Assembly (NCBI GenBank): GCA_951804945.1 | Contig: OX638164.1 | Location: 22,444,001-22,508,000 of the forward strand | Reading direction: 5' to 3' | Source: Podarcis cretensis | Taxonomy: Eukaryota | Length of the DNA stretch: 64,000 bases | Shown here: positions 25,257-38,083 of the stretch, piece by piece | Layout: each line of letters begins with the position of its first letter | Numbering within the stretch: the stretch's first letter is position 1 | Position numbers and translations under genes: made by a program | Notes under the pieces: generated by a model | Seen by the model: the letters and a program-made list of their open reading frames with translations, nothing else | Told to the model about the DNA's origin: nothing | The model's database searches: none

Positions 25257-26921
25257 GTAAGAAATCAGACGCAGCTGCAAAGTGAAAACAGTGATCTGTT
25301 CTATAGCAGGCTTAAGAAAACTCTACTGTTGCTCTCTGGTCTCAAAGTCTTGGGAAAGGCAAAACGGAAGGCATTTTCTGCCCGTCCTTCTGCTTATCTC
25401 TTTTTCAGCAGTGATTTCTGAAAGAGGCCAAAGATAGTTTTTCAACTTACGCTTTGCTCGAACGGGAGCTGCGTGTAAAGATGGGCTTTTGTGTCTCAGA
25501 GCGTTAGGTTTTGCACCGGCAAGTTCAGGGGAGAAGTCTTTCTTTCTTTCCTCTCACAAGAATCCTGGATGGTTGGGGTCATCTGCAAGTAAAATCCGTC
25601 TCATTACGCTTGTTTCTGTTTGCAAAGAATAATGTTAGATCTTCAGTTGTCTTCTTATGCATGAGTCTCGGGCATCTACGTCTCATTTAGAAACAGGCCG
25701 ATATCCAGAACTTTGCAGGGCTTAAATTCCTAGCCTTAGAACTTTTGTTTTAACAGCACTTGGATATTCTTAATACTGTCTCTAAAATGCAGCTTTCTTA
25801 AATGCTTTGAAAATTCCAGAACGTTCTACATCCAGTGCTTCCGATTCTGTTTATTTAAATACAACAACCAGTAAATCTGAAGAATGAAAGCTTGGAGGAA
25901 TCATCTCTGCACTGCTTTAAATTGGATTGTTAAAAAAAAATCAGCATTGTTCCAGCCTCCTCTCACTTAAAAGCATGCGCTTTGGATTAAAAACACACCC
26001 TTTGTGGGGTCCTGTTTTTAGAAGGATCCCTTCTTACGTTACCATTGACAAAAGTATTTTGAGCTCTGTAATTATCTAGAGAAACATTTAAAACCCGTCG
26101 AGTGTTTACGCCTTAAATCTTAAGGGTCTTAGTTGCTCTGAGTGCTTAGCATCGTTTTAAAACATGCCTAATTTTAGTGGCCTAATGCTTTCATTTTAAT
26201 AAATGTCATTTAATTCTTAGAGGGTTGGCAGGGGGATCTGCCCACCTCAAGAAAAACCTTCATTCCGGAAATGAATAATTATATACGATGTAATTGATGC
26301 CCTCCATTTGATTGTCCAAGAAAGGGAGGGGGGGGAAAGATTTTTCAAATAAATGTTTGGGAATTTATGGAGGAAACCTGGTTTGTTCCCATTGCCTTTT
26401 TATCACCATCAGTCTGAAAATTGCAAATTTGTCCTTTTGTGCACCGAACAGATTACTTTAAATAATCTGGTAGTTAAATACCTTGTCTTGGTTGCTGTTT
26501 GCATATTAAGTCTTTTTAAAAAGTATGCACTGTTTTTCTCCCCTTGCGAATTGTTGGGTGGTTGTTGGATTGTGCTTTAAATGAAATTTTATGAAGCAAC
26601 CATGAAAGATTCTGGCCTTCTCTCAAAACAAACTGGCTGCAGTCAAAGTCAGTCTGGGATTACAGTGAGCCATTCCTGTTTCACAGCTGCTTTATCAATA
26701 GAAGTTGAAATAAGTAAAAGGCAGATATGGACTAGAAAGTGCTAAAGTTTGCTGCTTCTTTGGGGGGAAGGGGGGGAAGGGGAGACACCCCCCCCCAAAA
26801 AAAAATAATTCTAAAGAAATACTTCTGCAGTTGGAATTGGTGAGACAACTCTTGATTCGTGCATCAATCTGGAGATTATATTGCAATGCAGGATTTTCAT
26901 GTCTGAAAATTTGGCTTTCTC

Positions 26922-27270
26922 ATAGGGACTGGTGATGGTGGAATTCGGTCACTCAGTTTCACACTTCTCAAATTGTTATATGAACCAAAGTACAGCTATA
27001 CTTCAAATTTCAATGATCTCCAAATTTCTCTATGCATTCCTCTCAGGCATAAAATGTGAACAGCATTACATATGCATGGCTGGGGGTGTGGGGAGAGAAT
27101 GTAAGGGAAAATACATTTATTTCAAAGAGAAATTTGCACAAAAATGTTACGAATTTTCATGAAGTCATAAAATTATCAAACTGATGTGGAATGGAGGCAA
27201 ACTGAACTTAAGACTGGAGCAATTGGAAATGGTGAGAAACTGAAAATGGACAGATTTGTCCATTCCCCCC
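26922..27270 (+). mobile_element. Old hAT-like MITE (TAGGGA termini family)
   Basis: aaactgatgtgga..aactgaactt..gagaaac motif shared with 63237-63663 and 37609-38083. Confidence 0.6.
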
Positions 27271-28492
27271 GCCCGCTTCCTGGAATTTGGGGGTAAAGTC
27301 AGATACCTATGTAAACATTGAGTCATCCCATTTATGACCGTGATGTTTTGCAGAGGTGAAACAAGAAAGAAATGATGCATCTGAATAAAGTTATTTTTTT
27401 ATTTTTGTTGCTGTTCTTGCCATGAAAGCTATTATGCCACACATTGCTCTTATTTGTCAAATTTCAGTTTTACATTCATAAAAAGTGATAGTGTGGGGGC
27501 TGGTTCAGGCACTCTTATTGACAAGACTGCAAGGCCACAGTTTTTGTAGAGTTGTTCCACTTGCATAGCTGTTAAAACAGGAAGAGAAAGTCTCCAGCTT
27601 CCTGTTTCCATGGATAAGCATTTGAAAGTCTGGGCATGTTTTGTTGAGTCAATTATAGCTAGGGGAAAATATATATATCTTTTTAGACTTGGAAAACAAG
27701 GGTGAGGTTTTTACGAGTTCTCACCCCTGGCCTGACTTTGCTGTTACTAAGCCCCTTTGGGAATTCTCCCATTGACTTGAAACTTGGCCAATATCAAGCC
27801 ATGTTTGATTTTTGCTCTAGGAGTGTATATACAGGAACGTTGCCAGAATGTTGTCTATGTACTTGGATCCAATGTCTGGAGTGTTCTTTGGTAAAGAAAA
27901 GTGTATGGGGACCTGATCCAAAGCCAGAGGCGTACTGGCACTGCAGATGGGGCTACTGGCTTAGGTAAAGAGATTTTCCTTATTCAAGTAACTTAAGATT
28001 CATTAAAAGCCAGAGCTGGCTCTACCATTAGGCTGGCTGAGACTGTCTACTTTCAGCAGCAAATATTTGTGTAACATTGAAGCAGGGCTGGGAAACCTCA
28101 GACCCAGGGGCCACATGCCTTCCTATCTGGCCCTAAGGTCACACCCTCATTGGCCCTGCATCATACTGTGCTTTTTTGCCTAACGTGAATTAACAACAAC
28201 AACAACAATAAACAAAATGTATATGCTGCCCTTCCTTCCAAAGGAGCCCAGGGCAGCAAACAACAAGGGATTAAACAATAAAAACCATCTTAAAAATGAT
28301 CCAATAAAGATGAAGACTCAGAAAGATCTCAGCTTAAAAGCCTTGCCAAATGTAACCTTCAACTCTGATAATGTCTTGCTTGTCTGGATAAAGGATGGAG
28401 AAGGATGTGTCCAAGTGGGTGTAGAAACTACCCTAATGTACAGAGGTAAAATTTGCATTCTTTGCTCCACCTGCTTTTACCTCTAGCCCAAA

Positions 28493-29610
28493 TAGGGTTG
28501 CCGCCTTGGGTCGGAAAAAGTGATGGACAGGTCGGGCAAAATACAGGTCAGGTGGGGTATGGGCAGGGGGGCTAAAATTACTTTATCTGGTGCAGTAATG
28601 ACTTCAAAGCAATCCACTGGATGAACAGACTAGGCCTGTGCAACACCACCCCTTGCTCTCTTACTCCGAAGTCTCCATCTCTGTCTCCAAACCACCAACT
28701 TCTGCTTGTCCAAAAAACTCTCCCTGCTCTCCACCAGGGCTGTGCAAACCTCCTCTCTCGTTTTCCGAGTCTGACCCACCTCACTCCCTCTGCCCACACA
28801 AAAACTCTCTTTTCCGCACTGAACCAGCCCCCTGCAAAACCCCTCTCTCGCTCTCTGACTCCCCACCTTGCCACTGTAGCAGGCCTGTGTACTGCAACCC
28901 CCCTCTTTTGCTCTCTGTGACCCTCTCCCTATGCAAAACTCTCTCTCAAACTCCTCCTCCCGGCCCACTCCACTCTCTGCCTGCTTCCCATAGGAGCCAG
29001 CATGGTGGAGTGGTTAAGAGCAGTAGACTTATAATCTGGTGAACCGGGTTCGCTTCCCCGCTCCTCCACATGCAGCTACTGGGTGACCTTGGGCTAGTCA
29101 CATTTCTCTGAAGTCTCTCAGCCTCACTCACCTCACAGAGTGTTTGTTGTGGGGGAGGAAGGGAAAGGAGATTGTTAGCTACTTCGAAACTCCTTAAGGG
29201 AAGTGAAAGGCGGGATATCAAGTCCAAACCCTTCTTCTTCTTGCTCTCTAAAACTCCTGCACATGAACCCACCCTCTTATCCTCATGAACCCACCCTCTG
29301 CTCTCAAAAACCCCTGCTCTGGCTCTCATTATCCTACTCCAATAGTTCCAATACCAATGGTTCTGTGGTATTGCTGTCAATCAAGAAAGAGGCCTTTCTC
29401 TCCAGTAGCTGTTTGCCCGGCTTCAGAAAGTGGAGGTGCCTGGAGGTGAACATCTGAAGAACATTGTAACTGGTGGGCAGGTTTATAGAGAGACCATGGC
29501 CCTTCTCTTTAGGTGGTCTCTCTTTAAAAACACACACATTTGGATAAAGGTTTGGGGGAAATGAGGTAGCTCTTTTCAAGAGATTCCAATAACTCAAAGA
29601 AACATAGGCA
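28493..29610. mobile_element. Probable hAT-type element (TAGGGTTGCC start) with C-rich low-complexity interior
   Basis: Left terminus tagggttgcc; right end not resolved. Confidence 0.35.
28993..29242 (+). mobile_element. Squam3-type SINE
   Basis: Matches the 12201 copy; (CTT)n tail. Confidence 0.9.
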
Positions 29611-29689
29611 ATTCAGCTAAAAGAACTGCATAATCACCACCATCATCAATAACTGTATTATCATTAGTAGTAGTATGGAGCCAAAGGCA

Positions 29690-29880
29690 AGATCTTAAGA
29701 TTGTAAGAATCTTAAGAAGAACCCTGCTGGATGAGGCTGAAGGCACATCTACTTCAGCATCTTATTATTACAGTAGCTTTCCAGATGCCTGTGGGAATCC
29801 TGCAAGCAAGGCCCAAGCACAAGAGCCCTCTCCCCTCTTGCGATTTCTGACAACTGGTGTTCAGAGGCATACAGCCTTTG
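29690..29880 (-). mobile_element. CR1-type 3' UTR fragment
   Basis: taagaagaaccctgctggat..cagatgcctgtgggaa..caactggtgttcagaggcat. Confidence 0.7.
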
Positions 29881-30179
29881 AGAGTGAAAAACACACACAC
29901 ACACACATCCACCATCTATGGAGGCAAGTGGCATTATCAGAGTTCAAAAGCTTCTGGGTTTGTAAGTGCCACTGTTATTAATGCATTTACTTGTTTAGAA
30001 AATTCTCTTCATCGTTCTGCGTTGAAAAGTATCCCAAAGCCATGTATGAAACGGAAATCACTACAATGTATTGTCAGATTAAAATCTACTAAAATACACA
30101 GTTCCAAGATCAACAGTGGCACAGCCAGGATTACCTTCTAAAAAATGCCATCAACAGATGGCCAAAAAAAGTTCTCAAT

Positions 30180-30900
30180 AGACTCCAAGCATTTTAAGCT
30201 AGGTCTTTCCCAATCTGCATTTGTATTAGAATTGTTTTTAACAGTGCTGTTATTGTTTCATCCTTTGTTGTTGGCCAACCTGGGCTCCTTCAGAGGGTGG
30301 AATATAAATTTAATAAATATGTAAAATTTAAATAAATTCCCTGAGGGGTTGACACCTGACTGATGTCTACTGTAAGGGAGTTTTATAACACTGGGGCAAC
30401 TGTACTAAGAGCCCTACTCTGTGTCACCTCAGAGCAGACTACAGGGGCCTCCCTGCATAGGTATATTAAGGGGGGAAACAATGTCTCAGATACCCTGGTC
30501 CCAATTTGTTAAGGGGTTTGTAGACCAGTACTAAAACCTGGCCTGGTGTTGTATTGGCAGTCAGTGCAAATCCCTCAGCACTAATGTGATAAGCTGGTGT
30601 GAGGTTATTCCAGTTTGCAGTCTAGCTGCTGTGTTCTACAGCAGCAGCAGTTTGTGGACCAAATCTAAGAGTAGCCCCATGCAGAGCGTGTTGCAGCAGT
30701 TGAGCCTTGAAGAAACATTCCTGCCAGGCATAGGCACACAAGAAAGATGTCCAACAAGGTCAGTGAGGGATGTTTCCCAGAGAAAGAGAATGGGGCTGGG
30801 AAGAGTGTGCAGCCTAGGAAGTGTCCCAAGAGCCAGATGGAGAGGTCTAGAGGGCATTCATGTGAATGACTTTGGACCATGTTTCTAGCCCAAGGCTGGA
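30180..30900. mobile_element. Diverged L2-type fragments
   Basis: The minus strand of 30560-30720 translates to SRLNCCNTLCMGLLL..KLLLL (L2 motif SRLDYCNxLxxGLP); an L2-like tail lies at 30260-30330. Confidence 0.55.
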
Positions 30901-33438
30901 GGTGTGAGCCCCATCAGTCTAACCTTAGATGGATGCTAATCTTTGAATGCTGCAGGACTTTTCATTCTCTTGGATGGATGAATCCTGGATGGAAAAGATA
31001 GAGGCTATAAAGGAAGTATTCTAGCACTCTCCAAGTTACAATTCTATAGGATGACAGCCCAAAAAAACACCATTGCAGGTAAAGATACCTGTGCAAAAAA
31101 TTTGGAGTAGATTCTGATGAAGCTTATTTTGTCCTTTCTCCCCAAGAGAACGAAAAGTCCTGAAGCATTCAGAGATTAGCAACTTGATTGTAGCCAGTGT
31201 GGTGTTGTGGTTAGAATGTAAGACTAAGACCTGTGAGACATGGGTTTGAATCCTCACTGAAGCTCACTGAGTGTGACCTTGGGCCATCATCACCCTTTGT
31301 GGCAGCACATCATATATGGATGATACGTTGTGTGAAGAAGTTCTTCCTAATATCTGGCCCAGGTCTTCTGCTGCTTAGTTTCATTGGATGATCCAGAATT
31401 CTGCAGCTCCATATATCTAAAGGCAGCATTTGTTGAATAAAACTAGGTTCTTTATCCCATTCCCAATGTACTCTGCAGCTCATACTTTGGGGGCAGCTTT
31501 CCCAAGTATTGCTATTTGTGGGACGCTCTGGACAAATTGATTCCATTTTATTCCCAATGTATGACAAGCTGCAAAGGTCGGTACACCTTGCTGGTAGTGG
31601 GGAAGACCCCTATCTGTCTGAGTTTGCCCATTGTAACTTGGAAAATGTGATGGGTACTCAACTAGAATTATCTTCTGTAGGTCAGGAGTTGACTGCCTTC
31701 AGTCCTGCAGATCTCTCTGCCCCCTCCAGATCTTGTGGTCAGCATGAACACATAGGAGATCTGTCTTAAATTCTTCTTCTTTGTGCTTGTGATTTAAGAA
31801 CCTTAAAACTACCTTTCTGGATAAAGCCAAGGTCTAGCAGTGTTTGCAAAAAATGCCACCTGCCACAGATGCTTTGGTGGTCTACCAGAAACTGACCCAG
31901 GTACACCGATGGACTGCAATCTACTTTCTAGCTGCTCTAGATTAATAGCCTAGAGGAACCGTACTGAACTCTCAGGGTTATAGACAAGACAAGACTTTGA
32001 GAATATGAGGTTTTTTTGTGTGTGTTTTTTAAGAAAACTGCTCTGAGTTCTTCAGATGAATTCCAATTTGTCCTAATGAGGAAAGGATAAATTATTCCTA
32101 TGCAGTTCCTTGTAGTGTACCCTCAGTCAATGTGACATTCAGACAGGTAATGGAGGTGGAATGATAGAGCTTTGAACACTAGTTGGCTTGTATTCCCATT
32201 TTTCGCCAAAGCGTGCCTCCGCTTCCAAGGCTAGGCGGGTTGTCAATTGCTCCTCTGGTTGCCTTCCTTTCATAAGAGCCAATTTGAAAACCAAACATTT
32301 GCAAAATGGGCCATCTGGTTCTTGCTTGTCTGAAAAACGTCATTGAGCTGAGTGGATCTGCTGAGCCTGTCTGCCACAGGCCCTCCTTGTGCCAATGTTT
32401 AGAATAAACTGGTATGGCTGAACACCCCCAGCCCCCAGCAGTGTTGGTTTTCCATAATGTTGTTGTCAGCTGAGTGCACTGTACTCCTACAGGCTATGAT
32501 TAGCTGTGGCAGCAACAGGGCAGTGGTGAGTTTGGATGAAATGAACTGGTAAGGCTTCTCTTACAGAGCCGCTCCTGGGCATGAAATCCATAGATGAAAT
32601 AAATCTCTACCAGTCTCTTTCTATATTTCCTATCGACCACAGATCTAGCAAAATACATTAACCATGAGAAGTCAAACGAAGTCTCCATAGTTAGTGGCAG
32701 CCTCCTGTTGTGGTGTAGAGGGAGGTTCAAATGGCAAGACAAAGTTATTACAACATGCCATGCATGTGAGCTTCTCATGCTGCCTGGCTGGTTATTTTTT
32801 AAGAGCAGAGAAATGGACTAGAATCAATAGCTATGTTCTGCCACCGCTGCCAGAGGCAGAAATGTTTCTGAATACCTGGAAACCTCAGGAGAGGAGAGTG
32901 CCTGTGGATTTCCTAGAGGTACCAAGTTAGCCATTATGAGAACAGGATGTTGCATCCATAGATTACATAATGACTTCCTGAATTTACAGTTTGGGTAACA
33001 ACTGTCTGAAGCATGAATTCTTACAATGAAACCTATTTTTGCCCAGAATGCAGGAGTCTGGCTGGCAACAGGTATTTTACCTGTGCAGAACCCATAATGC
33101 CAGTTTTACACAAGTGCCGCCAGCTTCCAGTTTGCTTCTAGGAGAAATTCAAGAGAATTGTTTTTATCTTGCAAGTCCCTATGCAGAAAGGGAAATTCCA
33201 TTGAAGGAGCCTTTTTTAAAAAAGGAAGTGAAAATAGCACTGCCAATATCATAGAGTTGTTATACAAATTAATGTTGCACGTTTGGAATACTGTGTACAG
33301 TTTGGGTCACCTCATCTCCAAAAGGATATTGCAGGGTTGGAAAAGTTTCAGAAAAGGGCCACCAAGATGATCAAGGGGATGAGGTGACTCCCTTAAAAAA
33401 GGAAGGTTGCAGCATTTGGGACATTTTAGTTCAGGGGA

Positions 33439-33771
33439 GTCCCATGGACTGCAAGAAGATCAAACCTATCCATTCTGAAGGAAATCAGCCCTGAGTGCTC
33501 ACTGGAAGGACAGATCCTGAAGCTGAGGCTCCAATACTTTGGCCACCTCATGAGAAGAGAAGACTCCCTGGAAAAGACCCTGATGCTGGGAAAGATTGAG
33601 GACACAAGGAGAAGGGAATGACAAAAGGCAAGATGGCTGGACAGTGTTCTCGAAGCTACCAGCATGAGTTTGACCAAACTGCGGGAGGCAGTGGAAGACA
33701 GGAGTGCCTGGTGTGCTCTGGTCCATGGGGTCACGAAGAGTCGGACACGACTAAACAACTAAACAACAACA
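33439..33771 (+). mobile_element. RTE-BovB 3' fragment
   Basis: Matches 1605-1940 in reverse; (CAA)n tail; 11-bp TSD agttcagggga at 33428-33438 and 33772-33782. Confidence 0.95.
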
Positions 33772-33906
33772 AGTTCAGGGGAAATGTGAGTAAGAGGTGA
33801 CATGATAGAGGTGTAACCAATTATGAGTGGCATGGAAAAAGTGGGTAGAGAAAGTTTATTCTTGTTCTCTCATAACAGTAGAACTCATGGACATCCAATT
33901 AAGCTG

Positions 33907-34372
33907 ATTAAATTCCAGGCGCAATTCGAAGTGTTGGTTTTGACCTATAAAGCCTTACACGGCACAGGACTGCAACACCTCAAGGACCGCCTCTTTCCAT
34001 ATGCACCTACTTGGACCCTGAGATCATCTTCTGAGGCCCTCCTTCGTGTGCCCCCTCCTCGAGAGGTCCGGAGGGTGGCAACACGAGAACAGGCCTTCTC
34101 TGCAGTGGATCCCCGTCTGTGGAATGCTCTCCCCAGGGAAGTTCGCTTGATGCCTTCATTATATACCTTTAGGCACCAGGCAAAAACGTTCCTTTTTAAT
34201 CAGGCCTTTCGTTGACCTTATCAACATCCAATACCCTTTTAAAATGTGGCTCTTTTGGGGGGGGGGGCTGTTACTGGGTTTTTATTTTCATTTTATATAT
34301 TGTGATCTTTTCTGTGAGACCTCCGGGTATAGGGCAGAATATAAATTCAATAAGTAATAAAATAATAAATAA
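33907..34372 (+). mobile_element. L2 LINE 3' fragment
   Basis: Translates to AQFEVLVLTYKALHGTG..RAFS/QAFSAVDPRLWNALPREVRL..FRHQAKTFLF; (AAT)n-like tail. Confidence 0.9.
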
Positions 34373-35901
34373 TATTGGACAAATCAGGACCGATGAAAGA
34401 AAGCGCTTCATCGTGCATCACATAGTTAAACTACAGAACTCAGTGCCACAGGAAACAGTGATAGCCACCAACCTGGATGACTTTAAAAGAGGAGTGGACA
34501 CGTTCATGGAAATAAAAGACTATCAATGGCTACTAGCCTTGATGGCTTTGTTTGGCCTCCACAGTCAGAGGCCATAATGCTTCTGAATACCAGTAGCTGG
34601 AAATCACAGCAGGGAGGGAGTGGGCTCTTGTGCTCGAATCCTGCATACAGATTTCCCACAGGCATCTGGGTGGCTACCCTGAAAGCACAATGCCAGACCA
34701 CTGGCCTGATCTAGCAGGCTTTCCCTGTGTTCTTATGTTCCTAACTGCTGCAGCTGGTGCCAGCTGGTGCTGTGACTGTGGTATATCCCCTATCAGAAAG
34801 CCTGACCCTCGTTGGGGGATTGGACCAAGGCAGATGAAAGGGAAAGAGCCATCAATCCATCCATTTTGGTGTCTCTCTTGTATGAGATTATGGTGCATTA
34901 CGCTGTGTTGGCGAAATGGGACTTCAATATTATGGAATGAAAGTGGGGATGAGGAGGCGCACCTTACAACAAGTATTATAGCATAATGGGATAAGTGCGT
35001 AGGAGCGAGAAAAACAGCTGACTGTAATAGATACTTAGTCTCTCCTCCGCCAATAAATATATAGATGCACACACATAAACCACTATAGCAGGTGGAGGGA
35101 GCTGGAGAACAAGAGCAAAGCAGAGATAATCATAATTTGAGAGCTTGTGAACAAAGATTCAGTTACAGAGGATTTCTCTATAGGGTGATAGACGGTAATG
35201 GACCTTGGATGTTTGGTGGACTTCAAAGAAGATCTGTGTGCTCCTCGTCCCTTTTTTACTTCCAATCCAACTACAGTAGACATTCCAGTCCTATTCTTAT
35301 ATCGGGGTTAAGGAACCTGCGGCCCAGCAGATGTTTTTGGAATCTGACTTTCATGAGCCTCAGGGTGCATGGGCAATGCTTAGGGATGATGAGATATGTT
35401 GGCCCATCAGCATCTGGTGGCTGGTCCACATCATCCTCAGTCCTGGCCTTACGTTCTTCTGTTGGTGTTGTTTTTAGCCATTTATTACATTTATACCCCA
35501 CTCCTCCTCCCAAAAAAGCCCAGGGTAGCAAACGCCCACATGTTAAAAGAATACAATAAAAAATGAAATAAAAACTTATTTAAGGCATAAGAAAAAATAT
35601 ACAGCTTCACAGCCAATAGTTTCATGCTTGCCAGGAGCAGTATATTTCAGCCATCAAATATGTACACAGAGTACACAGGAAAATTGAAAGTTCCTTCTGA
35701 ATGCTAGAGAGATACATGGACCTCATGAATGAAGCTGGTCCAGAAACAGGAACCATCATCGAAAACTTGCTGACACTGGTTAATGCCAACTAGGCAGGGG
35801 CCAATGATGACACCACCAGCATGGTCTCCCCCTGACAATTGTAGGAGCTTGAACCATGCGCTTTTTAAGCTCTTGCATGTGCTACATCTGGTCAGGATGT
35901 A

Positions 35902-36241
35902 AAGGTAAAGGGACCCCGACCATTTGGTCCAGTCGCGGATGACTCTGGGGTTGTGGCGCTCATCTCACTTTACTGGCCGAGGGAGCAGGCGTAGAGCTTC
36001 CGGGTCATGTGGCCAGCATGACTAAGCTACTTCTGGTGAACCAGAGCAGCGCACGGAAACGCCATTTACCTTCCCGCCGGAGTGGTACCTATTTATCTAC
36101 TTGCATTTTTATGTGCTTTCGATCTGCTAGGTTGGCAGGAGCAGGGACTGAGCAACGGGAGCTCACCCCTTTGCGGGGATTTGAACCTTCTGATTGGCAA
36201 GCCCTAGGCTCTGTGGTTCAACCCACAGCACCACCCGCATC
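35902..36241 (-). mobile_element. Sauria SINE
   Basis: Reverse copy; 14-bp TSD ctggtcaggatgta at 35888-35901 and 36242-36255. Confidence 0.92.
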
Positions 36242-37441
36242 CTGGTCAGGATGTAGGGGCAGGCAAATTAGACAACTTCCTGGGATGCTGAACTTTAGGG
36301 ACCACTGTCTACAGGGGGTACCTGTAACAGAATCTCTATCAAAGGCCAAAGTACATATGATGTTAATCATGTCTTTTGGCCTGGTGTGTATGGTTTTTCT
36401 TGCAAAAACGACCAGTGAAAGGACTGGATTGGGATCCTTGTAGTGGAGGGAAGACTTCTTCACCCTCTGCTGCATCCCAGACCAGAATGGGCCTCCCACA
36501 AGTGCAATTTGGATGAGGAAAGAAGACCCCATTCTTTCTATTTATCTTTCCTATGGTGACCTATCCAAACTAGAAATGGAATTGAGTTTGTCGCTACTCA
36601 CAACTCCATTGATTTCACTGGGTCTACTCTGGCTGTGACTCTGTACATTTAAAGCAGTATTATGCCACTTACAATTGTCCAATTGAAAGCCTTTGGCTAA
36701 CAAATAAAGACTTCCCCGACAGAATCCTGGGAACTATAATTTGCCAAGGGTGCTCAGAGTTGTTAGGAGACCCCTACTCCCTTCAGAGAGCTACAGTTCC
36801 CAGAGTGGTGTAGCAATCATTCCATCTTCCCAGGGAACTCTGGGAATTGTAGCTCTGTGCACCAAGAAAGGACTGCACCCAAGCTGGGGAGGGGGTTGTT
36901 TCCAGGCATATTAAGCACTACAATTTCTGCCTCTTGGTTGCTATTCATGCAAATAGGTTTGAGGTGAGAGTAAGGACTGGTGAAATGGTTGCTGATGATC
37001 TATAAATCCCCAATAGAAAGAACTCAGTTGGGGAATTTTCTCTTTCAAGGACTGAAGTTCCACAAACATAATTTCAGTGTCCCCTTCCTCTGAGCTTTCC
37101 AAAAGTCCCTTCCTTACTGCCCACACTAAGAAACTGGGAAAGGAGGTGAAGGCAGATGGACAGAGAAACTTGCAGACATGATGGAGAATATTGCAAAATA
37201 TCACTGTGTTGGCGTGGGGAATTGATCACTAGTTCCTTGTTGGAAATGCTCTGACCATCATGCCTGGCAGAGAAAATGTAGTTCTCTTTTTACTGGTCAA
37301 CCTATGTTTTTAAAGGGGATTGTGTTTTGTCCCCTGTGCTGACTTTGATCAAGAAAGTAACGGTTCATCCCATTTCCCTGAAGTTGATGAGTCATGCATT
37401 CCTCTGTCCCCATACAATGACTCACTTATCCTTCTCTTCAG

Positions 37442-37478
37442 GGGTACTTTGGGAAAAAGACTGCGTGAAACAACTCAA
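37442..37478 (+). other. Candidate 37-nt exon
   Basis: Branch-like tgactcac, acceptor ttatccttctcttcag|, donor CAA|GTGAGT. Confidence 0.4.
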
Positions 37479-37608
37479 GTGAGTCAGCTGGGCAGGGCAG
37501 GCAGTTTCAATGGCAATATCTAATAAGCTGCTTCCTCATTTTTCAAAGCGGCGACAGGATGCTTATCTATGTCCAGCCCGTAGATGTTTCGCCTGCCTGG
37601 TTGGCAAC

Positions 37609-37684
37609 TAGCGGCAGGCAGATTGGTCCATTTGGGTTTTGCTCAGTTTCTCATTTTCCAATCTTCAGTTCAGTTCTCCACATC

Positions 37685-37774
<90 letters not shown>

Positions 37775-38083
37775 TCCCCATGAAAATGTATCAGGACTTT
37801 AGTGTGAATTTCTTCAAACATAGACATTTTTGTATGCAATTTCCCTAACTATATTCATTTTTGTATGTTATTTTTCACTAATAAATAAAGTTTTGCACAC
37901 ACTTCATCACATTATACAACTTGGCTGAAGAACTGCATTGCAAATTTCAGAGCGGGGAGAGAGTCCGAGAAGGGTGAATTTTTCAGAACTATTGTGTTTT
38001 GGTTCGCATCTTGTTCCAGAAAGTGCAGATTAGGTAGGTTTGCCTTTAAATGCAAACTGAATTGAATTGCTCCCCCATTCCTA
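37609..38083 (-). mobile_element. Old hAT-like MITE containing a compound (TG)n(AG)n microsatellite at 37689-37771
   Basis: Reverse homology to 63237-63663; further fragments near 39960-40610 and 45980-46100. Confidence 0.65.

Larger units (their letters stand above)
33215..34742 (+). mobile_element. CR1-type LINE 3' part, interrupted by BovB and L2
   Basis: tttggaatactgtgtacagtttgggtcac..agaaaagggccaccaagatgatcaagg; continuous across two insertions; ttcttatgttcct tail. Confidence 0.85.

Noticed and set aside
24798-25421. 207-aa ORF as a single-exon gene
   Set aside because: Non-ATG start and no homology I recognise; only the part before the 25256 donor is kept as a candidate.
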